NCBI RefSeq assembly: GCF_044647545.1
Contig: NZ_CP172818.1
Length of the DNA: 64,000 bases
Reading direction: 5' to 3' (one strand)
From: Escherichia coli
GTDB taxonomy: Bacteria > Pseudomonadota > Gammaproteobacteria > Enterobacterales > Enterobacteriaceae
This document shows positions 10,323-21,172 of the stretch, piece after piece (the first letter of the stretch is position 1; every line of letters starts with the position of its first letter). Made by a program: the position numbers and the translations under genes. The notes under the pieces were generated by a model, which was given only the letters and a program-made list of their open reading frames with translations, searched no databases and was not told the origin of the DNA.

Positions 10323-10368
10323 TGTCACGATTTGCGGAGCTTGTCACAGCTGACAAAGCGAATGTCAC
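10323..10368 (+). promoter_or_regulatory. three direct TGTCAC repeats in the feaR-feaB intergenic region (candidate FeaR operator / feaB promoter)
   Basis: TGTCAC at 10323, 10342 and 10363, spaced 19-21 bp, about 70-110 bp upstream of the feaB ATG. Confidence 0.45.
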
Positions 10369-10435
10369 AGCGAAAAAAGTGACTTTTCTTGTCGCTGCGT
10401 ACACTGAAATCACACTGGGTAAATAATAAGGAAAA

Positions 10436-11932
10436 GTGATGACAGAGCCGCATGTAGCAGTATTAAGCCAGGTCCAACAGTTTCTCGATCGTCAACACGG
10501 TCTTTATATTGATGGTCGTCCTGGCCCCGCACAAAGTGAAAAACGGTTGGCGATCTTTGATCCGGCCACCGGGCAAGAAATTGCGTCTACTGCTGATGCC
10601 AACGAAGCGGATGTAGATAACGCAGTCATGTCTGCCTGGCGGGCCTTTGTCTCGCGTCGCTGGGCCGGGCGATTACCCGCAGAGCGTGAACGTATTCTGC
10701 TACGTTTTGCTGATCTGGTGGAGCAGCACAGTGAGGAGCTGGCGCAACTGGAAACCCTGGAGCAAGGCAAGTCAATTGCCATTTCCCGTGCTTTTGAAGT
10801 GGGCTGTACGCTGAACTGGATGCGTTATACCGCCGGGTTAACGACCAAAATCGCGGGTAAAACGCTGGACTTGTCGATTCCCTTACCCCAGGGGGCGCGT
10901 TATCAGGCCTGGACGCGTAAAGAGCCGGTTGGCGTAGTGGCGGGAATTGTGCCATGGAACTTTCCGTTGATGATTGGTATGTGGAAGGTGATGCCAGCAC
11001 TGGCAGCAGGCTGTTCAATCGTGATTAAGCCTTCGGAAACCACGCCACTGACGATGTTGCGCGTGGCGGAACTGGCCAGCGAGGCTGGTATCCCTGATGG
11101 CGTTTTTAATGTCGTCACCGGGTCAGGTGCTGTATGCGGCGCGGCCCTGACGTCACATCCTCATGTTGCGAAAATCAGTTTTACCGGTTCAACCGCGACG
11201 GGAAAAGGTATTGCCAGAACTGCTGCTGATCACTTAACGCGTGTAACGCTGGAACTGGGCGGTAAAAACCCGGCAATTGTATTAAAAGATGCTGATCCGC
11301 AATGGGTTATTGAAGGCTTGATGACCGGAAGCTTCCTGAATCAAGGGCAAGTATGCGCCGCCAGTTCGCGAATTTATATTGAAGCGCCGTTGTTTGACAC
11401 GCTGGTTAGTGGATTTGAGCAGGCGGTAAAATCGTTGCAAGTGGGACCGGGGATGTCACCTGTTGCACAGATTAACCCTTTGGTTTCTCGTGCGCACTGC
11501 GACAAAGTGTGTTCATTCCTCGACGATGCGCAGGCACAGCAAGCAGAGCTGATTCGCGGGTCGAATGGACCACCAGAGGTATTATGTTGCGCCAACGCTA
11601 GTGCGGTAAAATCCCGATGCTAAATTGCGCTTAACTCGTGAAGAGGTGTTTGGTCCGGTGGTAAACCTGGTGCGAGTAAGCGGTGGAAGAGGCGTTACAA
11701 CTGGCAAACGACACGGAATATGGCTTAACTGCCAGTGTCTGGACGCAAAATCTCTCCAGGCTCTGGAATATAGCGATCGCTTACAGGCAGGGACGGTGTG
11801 GGTAAACAGCCATACCTTGATTGACGCTAACTACCGTTTGGTGGGATGAAGCAGTCAGGAACGGGCCGTGATTTTGGCCCCGACTGGCTGGACGGTTGGT
11901 GTGAAACTAAGTCGGTGTGTGTACGGTATTAA
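10436..11932 (+). pseudogene. feaB: phenylacetaldehyde dehydrogenase, frameshifted in its 3' third
   Basis: First ~385 codons intact (ORF 10436-11623, aldehyde dehydrogenase family); expected length 499 aa. Remainder recoverable only in shifted frames (ORF 11625-11849 [18 protein letters not shown]...); original stop context ...KSVCVRY* at 11930-11932. Confidence 0.8.
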
Positions 11933-11953
11933 TATTGGTTCGCTAATTAAGTA

Positions 11954-11979
11954 AAAAACGGCACCTGGTGCCGTTTTTT
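11954..11979. terminator. bidirectional intrinsic terminator between convergent feaB and tynA
   Basis: A6-CGGCACC..GGTGCCG-T6 hairpin flanked by A and T runs. Confidence 0.7.
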
Positions 11980-11991
11980 GTCTGAAAACAA

Positions 11992-14283
11992 TCACTTATC
12001 TTTCTTCAGCGCCCCTAGCGTTGGCGTTTCATAAAGAAGTTCCATGGTTTAAGCAGAGTATGTACCCATTCGGTCGGCATAATCGGCCACTCTTCAGCAC
12101 GGGCCACATGTGTGGTGCCGGTGGGTCATCCAGACAACGGCGTCGGTGTTGTCCAGCGACTCGTTATCTTTACTGTATTGTCCAAGACCGGTGTCATCAG
12201 TAGAACGGTTCAGGATATTTGCCTTCCGGGAAACGCTCGCCAGGATGATAACGCGTTACCCAGAAAGCTGCTTTGTCCATAAAGCTTAAACGATGATAGA
12301 TCCACTCATCCCAGGCGCCACTGGGCACCTTTTGCTACCGGGTGAGTACCGCCTGCATAAGGAATAATTTGATAGGAAACTGGATTGCCCATGCGGTTCT
12401 CTTTGTTGCGGGTTACTCAACAGACGAATCATGCCCCGGATCAAACTACGGCATCCTGTTCATTGCCGATGTTGTACTGATTAACTTGCATCAAGGTACT
12501 GGTGCGTCGGCCACCGGCAGTATTCGGTTTCCACTGGGTCCATCGCCACCAGGCTGTTATTCTCGCCATCTACATAAGGAATCGAGGCAGAAATTATCGA
12601 TCTGTTTGGTGTCAGTACCCACGATACTGTGATCGATAAGCGTGCCGTAGCGCGTGTCATCTTTCGCCGTCTCATCGTGCATGGTTTTCGCTTTAACACC
12701 TTTCACCGCTTCGATGCCCGTAGCACCGGCATCAATGCCAATAGTGCCGTTTTCATGGAAGATCCAGTCAAAATGTAGTCATAGTTACCCACTGTACTGA
12801 TCCAGCGCACCACTGACTCCCAGCATTCAGGTACTGACGTTGGGCTGGCCCATTTCCTGATGCTTATACTCCGGCCCGGCATAACGTTTCAAATACCGCG
12901 ATAGCGCGAGGATCTCCATCGGCACGCCAGTGTAGTCGGCGATGGTTTCATTAAGGAGCACTGCGTTAGACGGGGCATCTTTACCACGGCGAAATTGGTG
13001 AGGTTAGCGTGCCCATACCGTAGTCACCAGAGTCCAGATACGCTTTAAAGTACCAGCCAATATCCAGGATCACCGTAAGGCACAATAATGTCGCCGAGGA
13101 GAACCTTCGTGCATGACTTTGCGTTTGGTGCCGATATTGGTATATAGTCACGGTGGAGATCATAGGCCCGACGCGAGAGTTCATGCTGAGGTGAAAATCC
13201 CAGTTCCGCCAGTGAATAGTATCTCGCCAGTAATGGTGTAATTTTTACCTTCAGGCTCAATGATTTGCATAGGCTTGACTGCCGGAGCAACGCGGTCACG
13301 GCTATCAAATGGGCGTGCGGTCATTCACACGGAACTCCGGACCTTCTTCAATCTTAACGATTTTTTTCTGTTTCTGATCAACGACCGCCACCAGGTTTTC
13401 GATGGGATGTGCCCAGTAGTTCCATCGCCGACAGTCAAGATAGCTGATGACTTTGAGCAACCGGGCATCTTGTTTCAGGCCATCTTTACCATCGAAATAA
13501 CCTACGGTCAGCGGCGTGGTAATCACTTTTTTCGCATCAGTAATACCGCGTTTCTTCACGGCAGCGGCAAATTCTTCACTGTTGTTAATAATGTTCTGCA
13601 CACTGGCGAAATCATCCAGCAACACCATACCCGTGGCGTGTTTAATGGGTTCCAGGAGAGCAGTTTGTTGTTTTGCAGATCCACCACCGCTTCGATGATA
13701 TGTTTGCCGTCGAGCATAATGACGTCGGCTTTGCGCGGCTGGTCAACCGGTTTGTTTTCCAGCGCAAACGCCCAGACAGCTTCTTTATCTGGCGGTAGCA
13801 GGAGATCTCAGTAAAACAGGGTATTGGGTTTGAAGTCCCGCGGAAGCTTTAACAATTTCAACGGCCTGTTTAATTTCGTACCACAGTTCACGCATTAAGT
13901 GGGTGAGGGCGCTTTTATTACCTGAAAGGTTTGATCCAGACCGGACTGGAAAACATCGTTAATAAAGGTGTCGCAAAACCCAGGCCTTATTGTCTTTCAT
14001 ACGCTCCCGGCACTTGCAGTGCCAAGGTAGCCATTAACAATTGCTGTTTTGCGCACCAGGCTTCACTTTCACGTACGCGCCATCTTTAATCAGGGTAAAG
14101 ATCTGGGCGTAGTCGTCCCACTGCACATCGGCACCAAATTCTTTAAGCGTTTCATCCATTGGCACCATATGCGCTTCACCACCGTGGGCAAATACCGGCG
14201 CTTGCCAGGCGAAACTTAAGGCGACTGCCAACGCCAGGGTTGTTTTACGGGCAGAATCCGGAGAAAGAGGGCTTCCAGTTATT
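11992..14283 (-). pseudogene. tynA: copper/topaquinone amine oxidase (tyramine oxidase), heavily frameshifted
   Basis: Minus-strand fragments 14034-14315, 13305-13628, 13045-13308, 12981-13184 and 12481-12699 translate to successive pieces of TynA (e.g. ARKTTLALAVALSFAWQAPVFAHGGEAHMVPMD; MVLLDDFASVQNIINNSEEFAAAVKKRGITDAKK) separated by frame changes; stop ...LKKDK* at 11992-11994; start codon region also altered. Expected 757 aa. Confidence 0.75.
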
Positions 14284-14485
14284 AACCTCGTCAGATGTTG
14301 TGTTCTTGTTAGCAACCGCGCTCTGTGGGCGGTTTAGTCAGGTTCACATTATGAGTACTGATGCAAAGAAATCCTGCACCTCAGAGTTATTTGGCAGGTG
14401 TGCCCACTTTTTCATACAGTGGGTGCCCTGAAAATCAATGTACACATCATGCATAATGTGACAACGTCACAAAAGTTAGTGAAAT

Positions 14486-14516
14486 GAAAAAGGGCAACTG
14501 TTCGGGCCGTTGCCCT
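14486..14516 (-). terminator. intrinsic terminator downstream of paaZ
   Basis: GGGCAAC..GTTGCCC hairpin followed on the minus strand by a T5 run. Confidence 0.6.
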
Positions 14517-14527
14517 TCATTCACCGA

Positions 14528-16563
14528 TTAATCGACAAAATCACCATATCCTGGCCACCAGCGTCAGAATTGAATACAGCGCCACCGGGGTTTGATGCTG
14601 ATTGAATACCTCTACCGCCCATTCCACCACCTGTTGGTTTTTCTTCTGCGCTACGCTGTTTTTTCAGCGTCTTGCGCTTACAGGTGAGACGCACCTGGAT
14701 GGTATCGCCTGGCTTTACGGGTTCGATAAGCGCAAGTTTTCCAGCCCATAATTAGCAATGACCGGACCGACACCGGCATCGACAAACAGACCCGCAGAGC
14801 CGCAGAAAAAGCACAAAATACCCATGCACCACACGCTCACCGAAAATAGATTCGGCAGCAGCAGAATATTATCCATATGCGCATAGAAATAATCGCCGCT
14901 GAGGCAAGCAAAGTTAACAATATCGGCCTCTGTCATTGTGCGGCGGGAGTGGCAGGTATCCGCCTGGTTGTAGCTCCTCAAAATATTTGCGGAACGGATG
15001 AATACGATCTTCTTCGACTTTCGCACCACGCACCCACTGTTTACTGATAGCTGCAAGCATCGTCGGACTACCCTGAACAGCGGTTCGCTGCGTGTGATCC
15101 TTCACCCGCTCGTAAACCACCTAATTCTTCACCGCCTCCTGCGCGACCAGGCCCACCATGTAACAGTTGTGGCAGTCGGAGAGCCATGCCGGTGGATTCT
15201 TTTGCCGATTCCTCATTGAGGATCTGAATTCGCCCATGCGTACGTGCCGCGTCGGTAATAAACTGACGCGCAATTTGCGGATCAGCCGTCACCAGCGTTC
15301 CGCAAGGCTACCGCCGCCTGCACAAGCCAGTTGCAGAGCATGTCGCTGGTTTTGTGCTGGCATCAGCGTTGCGACAGGGCCAAAGGCTTCTGTTGCATGT
15401 ACCGCCGGTGTTTCATCCGGCTGCGGACAGTACAATAAGGTTGGCGGGAAAGAGCACCCGCAGCAGATAAATCCGCCTGACCACCGAGGCGAATCTCGCA
15501 TCCTGCAGCCAGCAATATGTTCACTTTTTCCTGCACATCGGCACGCTGCTCAGCATTTACCAGTGCGCCCATATTCACGCCTTCCTGAGCAGGATCACCG
15601 ACCACGACTTTCTGTAATCGCGCAACCAGGACGATTCACTGACAGCATTAACCAATGCCTGCGGCGCGATAATCCGCCGGATTGCCGTACATTTTTGCCC
15701 GGCTTTTGTGGTCATCTCACGCACAACTTCACGAATAAACAGCGCAAACTCCGAGTTAAATGCGGGTAACATCTTCGCCCAGTACGCAGCAGTTCAGGGA
15801 ATCAGCTTCCATAGTGAAGGGGATAGATTTGGCGACGATATTTGGCTGAACTCGCGGCGTCTCTGCAGGTCGCCGCTGACCCGTGAAAGTCACCACATCC
15901 TGGCTGTCCAGATAATCCAAAAGGTCGCCCGCACTACCGCAGATCAGACTAATTGCGCCTTCGGGAACAAGACCACTATCGACAATTGATTTCACCATCG
16001 CCTGAGTACGTTGGGCCGTCGCGGTAGCTGGTTTGATGATGGCTGGCATTCCGCCCAGCCACGTTGGTGCCAGCTTCCGGCGTTTTGCCACAGGGGAAGT
16101 TAAAGGCGTTAATATGCACTGCCACGCCTGAGCTTTGAGGTCAGTACATGGCGCGCGGCAAATCCACCTTCTTTCGATAAGGGGATCAATTCATCTTCCG
16201 GCCACAGCGTATCGTCGGCGGCTGCCCGGCTACCGAGGCTGGCGTAAGTAAATAACGTCCCAATGCCACCTTCAAATCAACCGAACTGTTGCCGCGTTGC
16301 GCCTGTTTGCGCAGAAAGACATAGAAGCGCTCTTTTTTCACTCAGCAGATGTTTAGCGACCGCTTTAAGCATCGCCGCACGTTCGATAAAGGTCATCACG
16401 CAGAAGCAGCCTTTTCAATGGCAAACTGCAACGGGCCACCGCCATATAGACCTTTCACTGGTCACTTCCCATAACGCCTCGCCGCTGATAGCGTGGTGAA
16501 TCAAACGGCTACCACCCCGCCAGACTGCCAGGTACCGGATAAGAAACTGGCTAACTGCTGCAT
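14528..16563 (-). pseudogene. paaZ: bifunctional oxepin-CoA hydrolase / aldehyde dehydrogenase, multiply frameshifted
   Basis: ATG intact at 16561-16563 and stop ...GDFVD* at 14528-14530, but interior split into fragments (15756-16091, 15575-15772, 15363-15605, 15068-15292, 14715-15056) that each match PaaZ segments; span 2036 nt versus 2046 expected (681 aa). Confidence 0.75.
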
Positions 16564-16792
16564 CGCTACTCTCCAGATGTTTCACATTTATGTTGCTAAT
16601 AGTTAAATTGCGAATCATAAAAAGCAAGGGTTCTTTTAACGAAATGTTAACTATGCAAATATGTATCACAACTGCGGAAAACATTAATGCACTGATAAAT
16701 AATGATTTATAAAAAATCGGGTGCGAAATCCGTCACAGTTCAAGCATACAAAATTTGTGATTTTAGTTAACCATTGTGTAACTTTCATAAAC

Positions 16793-16834
16793 AATGTGAT
16801 TCGTGTTTTTAATTAATTCGCGAACTTGGAATCG
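16793..16834. promoter_or_regulatory. PaaX-type operator half-site in the paaZ-paaA divergent promoter region
   Basis: AATGTGATTCGTGTT at 16793-16807 fits the PaaX box consensus WWTRTGATTCGYGWT as I remember it; an imperfect inverted partner GAATCG lies 26 nt downstream. Confidence 0.45.
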
Positions 16835-16847
16835 TAAAGGTAATAAC

Positions 16848-17773
16848 ATAACCCAAGAAGAACGCTTTGAGCAACGGATAGCCCAGGAAACGGCTATCGA
16901 GCCGCAGGACTGGATGCCAATAAGAAAGCACTGATCCGCCAGATTGGGCAGCATGCACACTGCAAATTGTGGTATGTTCCTGAAGGTAACTGGATCACTG
17001 GCGCACGACCTTTTGCAGCATAAAGCCATTCTGTTCGCCAAAGTCCAGGATGAAGCCGGTCATCGTCTGTATCTCTATAGCGCCGCCGAAACACTGGGCT
17101 GCACAGAGAAGACATCTACCAAAAAATGCTCAAACAACGATAAATATTCCTCCATCTTTAATTATCCGACATTGGTCTCCAGGGGCTGATATCGGCGTTA
17201 TCGGCTGGCTGGTGGAGTAGCAGCGATCGTCAATCAGGTGGCGTTATGTCGCACTTCTTATGGCCCGTATGCCAGAGCAATGGTGAAGATCTGCAAAGAA
17301 GAGAGTTTTTCACCAGCGTCAGGGGTTTGAAGCCTGCATGGCACTGGCGCAGGCGGCGAAGGACGCTCAAAAGCAGATGTTGCAAGACGCCATTAACCGT
17401 TTCTGGTGGCCAGCCTTAATGATGTTCGGGCCAAACGATGATAACTCGCCAAACAGCGCCAGAAGTACCGCCTGGAAAATCAAACGTTTCACCAACGACG
17501 AACTCGCCAGCGTTTCGTGGATAACACCATTCCACAGGTTGAAATGCTCGGTATGACCGTTCCTGACCCGGATCTGCATTTTGACACTGAAAGCGGTCAC
17601 TACCGCTTTGGTGGAAATCAACTGGCAGGAGTTTAACGAAGTAATTAACGGTCGCCGGAATTTGTAATCAGGAGAGGCTCGACGCCAAACGTAAAGCCTG
17701 GGAAGAAGGTACCTGGGTACGGGAAGCAGCGCTGGCCCATGCACAAAAACAACTTGCCCGTAAGGTCGCATAA
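16848..17773 (+). pseudogene. paaA: ring 1,2-phenylacetyl-CoA epoxidase subunit A, start codon lost and frameshifted
   Basis: Conserved N-terminus reads I-TQEERFEQRIAQETAIEPQDW with ATA in place of ATG at 16848-16850; later pieces (e.g. 17338-17556 MALAQAAKDAQKQMLQDAINRFWWPALMMFGPNDDNSPNSARS) in other frames; stop at 17771-17773. Expected 309 aa. Confidence 0.75.
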
Positions 17774-17784
17774 GGAGATTCAAA

Positions 17785-18069
17785 ATGAGTAATGTTTATT
17801 GGCCGTTATACGAAGTTTACCCGTTCGTGGCAAACAGGGCTTATCACACCGCCATGTTGGCAGTTTTTACATGCTGCCGATGAGCGGATGGCACTGAAAA
17901 TGCCGGTGATTGTTACACCGTCGTAGCGAAGGATGTTCAATTTGGGTGGTGAAGGCGAGTGAAATTGTTGCCTCGCAACCGGAAGAACGCGGTGAATTTT
18001 TTGATCCGGCTGAAGCAAGGTCTATCGCCATCCAACGTTTTACACCATCCCTGATGGCATTCAACATGA
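17785..18069 (+). pseudogene. paaB: epoxidase subunit B, frameshifted
   Basis: ATG at 17785 with MSNVYWPLYEV N-terminus; body recovered in a shifted frame (17910-18149 ...SEGCSIWVVKASEIVASQPEERGEFFDPAE...). Expected 95 aa; 3' end approximate. Confidence 0.65.
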
Positions 18070-18077
18070 GGTCGGAA

Positions 18078-18820
18078 ATGAATCAGTTAACGGCTTACAC
18101 CTTCGCCTGGGCGATAACTGCCTGGTGCTTCCAGCGGTTGGGTGAATAGTGCGGTCATGCACCGGAACTGGAAATCGATCTCGCACTGGCAAATATTGGA
18201 CTCGATTTATTAGGCCAGGCACGCAACTTCTTATCGTATGCCGCTGAATTAGCGGGAGAAGGCGATGAAGATACCCTGGCCTTCACCCCAACAAGCACCA
18301 GTTCAGCAACTTATTGTTGGTTGAACAGCCAAACGGCAATTTTGCCGACAACCGTCGCCAGTATTTCATCGATGCATGGCATGTGGCGCTCTTTACCATT
18401 CTGATGGAGAGCCGTGATCCGCGACTGGCGGCGATTTCTGCAAAGCGATTAAAGAAGCGCGTTATAGCCTGCGTTTTATTCGTGGCTGGCTGGAGCAACT
18501 GGGCAATGGTACTGACGTATACGGGCGAAAGAATGCCAGCAGGCCATCAACAAGTTGTGGCGTTTTACCGCCGAACTGTAGATGCCGACGAGATTGATAT
18601 TGCACTGAGTGAAGAGGGTATTGCGGTTGATCCACGCGCTTTTACGCGCAGCGTGGGAAGCCGAAGTTTTTGCCGGGATCAACGAAGCCACATTCAACGT
18701 ACCGCAGAGCAGGCGTATCGCACTGGCGGTAAAAAAGGACTGCATACCGAACACCTTGGACCCATGCTGGCAGAAATGCAGTTATTGTTTGAGCGTGTCT
18801 TGCCCGGTCAGCAATGGTAA
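18078..18820 (+). pseudogene. paaC: epoxidase subunit C, frameshifted
   Basis: Start MNQLTAYT at 18078; C-terminal portion in ORF 18314-18820 ends ...LPGQQW*; span 743 nt, not a multiple of 3, versus 747 expected (248 aa). Confidence 0.7.
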
Positions 18821-18834
18821 CAGAGGAGGTGGGT

Positions 18835-19325
18835 ATGCAACGTATCAGCCACCATTCCGCCGCCACAGGTTCATCCAGATATGGGCGCTACTGGGCGCGA
18901 TCCCGGACCGGAGATCCCGGTGCTGACCATTACCGATTTAGGCATGGTGCGTAATGTGACACAGATGGAAAGAATGGGTGATCGGCTTTACGCCGACTTA
19001 TTCCGGTTGTCCGGCAACGGAACGTTGATTGGCGCGATACGTGAGGCAATGACAACCCACGGGTTTACCCGTACGGTTGTGCTGCAACTCGACCCGGCAT
19101 GGACCACCGACTGGATGACCCCCGATGCCCGTGAGCGTCTGCGACGGTATGGCATTAGCCCGCCCGGCCGGAACAGTTGCCGGCCCATTTGCCGCCAGAA
19201 GTACGTTGCCCGCGCTGCGCCAGCGTCCATCCACACTTATCAGTGAATTTGGTTCCACGGCCTGCAAAGCATTGTACCGCTGCGATAGTTGCCACAAACC
19301 TTTCGATTATTTCAAATGTATTTGA
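18835..19325 (+). pseudogene. paaD: epoxidase subunit D, frameshifted
   Basis: ATG at 18835; fragments 18881-19246 (IPVLTITDLGMVRNVTQM...) and 19125-19325 (...CDSCHKPFDYFKCI*) in different frames. Confidence 0.7.
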
Positions 19326-19332
19326 GGATGCC

Positions 19333-20397
19333 ATGACAACGTTTCATTCCTTAACAGTGGCAAAAGTGGGCCCGGAAACCCGTGATGCGGTGACCATTAC
19401 CTTTGCATGCAGCCTTTGCAGGAGGCGTATCACTTTCGCCCCGGTCAACATTTGACCTTAAAAGCCAGTCTTGATGGTGAAGAATTAGCCATTGTTCTCC
19501 ATTTGCCGCAGCTACCTGCCTGGCGAAATTAGTGTGGCGGTGAAAGCCATTGAAGGCGGACGTTTCTCCCGCTATGCCCGCGAACACATCCGCCAGGGTA
19601 TGACGCTGGAGGTCATGGTGCCGCAGGGGCATTTCGGCTATCAGCCACAGGCCGAACACCAGGGCCGCTATCTGGCTATTGCAGCAGGATCAGGTATTAC
19701 GCCAATGCTGGCGATTATCGCCACCACTTTCAAACCGAGCCTGAAAGTCAGTTCACCCTGATCTACGGTAACCGTACCAGCCAGAGCATGATGTTTCGCC
19801 AGGCACTGGCAGACCTGAAAGACAAATATCCTCAGCGTTTACAGTTGTTGTGCATTTTCAGTCAGGAAACCCTCGACAGCGATCTGCTTCACGGGCGTAT
19901 TGACGGTGAAAAATTACGTGGCTTGGGGCCTCGCTCATTGATTTTTCGTCTTTATGATGAGGCGTTTGCTTTGTGGTCCGGCGGCGATGATGGATGAGAC
20001 GGAAGCCGCCTTAAAAGCACTGGGAATGCCAGATAAAACCATTCATCTGGAGCGGTTTAATACGCCTGGCACGCGCGTCAAAGCGTCGCGTTAACGTGCA
20101 AAGTGACGGACAAAAGTGACTGTACGTCAGGATCGGCGGGATCGGGAAATCGTGCTTAATGCCGACGATGAAAGCATTCTCGATGCGGCATTGCGCCAGG
20201 GGGCTGATCTGCCCTATGCCTGCAAAGGCGGCGTCTGTGCGACCTGCAAATGCAAAGTGCTGCGTGGCGAAGTGGCGATGGAAACCAATTACAGTCTGGA
20301 ACCGGATGAACTGGCCGCAGGTTATGTGTTGAGTTGCCAGGCACTGCCGCTGACCAGCGATGTGGTGGTTGACTTTGACGCGAAGGGGATGGCATCA
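19333..20397 (+). pseudogene. paaE: epoxidase reductase subunit E (ferredoxin-NADPH reductase), frameshifted and stop codon lost
   Basis: Start MTTFHSLTVAK at 19333; fragments 19492-19761 and 20116-20406 (2Fe-2S motif CKGGVCATCKCK) in different frames; the expected overlapping TGA stop reads TCA at 20395-20397. Confidence 0.7.
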
Positions 20398-21172
20398 GCG
20401 AACTGATCGTCAGCCGTCAGCAACAGGTGCTTGCTGCTGACCCTTAACCGTCCCGCCGCACGTAATGCGCTGAGAATAATGCCCTTCTGACGCAACTGGT
20501 AAATGAACTGGAAGCTGCGGCTACCGATAGCAGCATTTCGGTCTGTGTGATTACCGGTAATGCACGCTTTTTTGCCGCTGGGGCCGATCTCAACGAAATG
20601 GCAGAAAAAGATCTCGCGGCCACCTTAAACGATACACGTCCGCAGCTATGGGCGCGATTGCAGGCCTTTAATAAACCACTTATCGCAGCCGTCAATGGTT
20701 ACGCGCTTGGGGCGGGTTGCGAACTGGCATTGTTGTGCGATGTGGTGGTTGCCGGAGAGAACGCGCGTTTTGCGTTGCTTTTTACAGGAAATCACTCTCG
20801 GCATCATGCCAGGCGCAGGAGGAACGCAACGTTTAATCCGTAGTGTCGGTAAATCGTTAGCCAGCAAAAATGGTGCTGAGCGGAGAAAGTATCACCGCTC
20901 AGCAAGCACAGCAGGCCGGGCTGGTTAGCAACATCTTCCCCAGCGATTTAACCCTCGAATACGCCTTACAGCTGGCATCGAAAATGGCACGTCACTCGCC
21001 GCTGGCCTTACAAGCGGCAAAGCAAGCGCTGCGCCAGTCGCAGGAAGTGGCTTTGCAAGCCGGACTTGCCCAGGAGCGACAGTTATTCACCTTGCTGGCG
21101 GCAACAGAAGATCGTCATGAAGGCATCTCCGCTTTCTTACAAAAACGCACGCCCGACTTTAAAGGACGCTAA
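20394..21172 (+). pseudogene. paaF: 2,3-dehydroadipyl-CoA hydratase (enoyl-CoA hydratase), start codon lost and frameshifted in the 5' two-thirds
   Basis: N-terminus reads I-SELIVSRQQ with ATC in place of ATG at 20394-20396; frame breaks near 20775 and 20850; last 100 codons (20870-21172) intact, ending ...RTPDFKGR*. Expected 255 aa. Confidence 0.75.

Noticed and set aside
12021-16499. Numerous 60-200-aa ORFs on both strands across the tynA/paaZ interval (e.g. 13260-13814, 15167-15769)
   Set aside because: Either frame-shifted fragments of tynA or paaZ, or antisense artefacts of them; not independent small genes.
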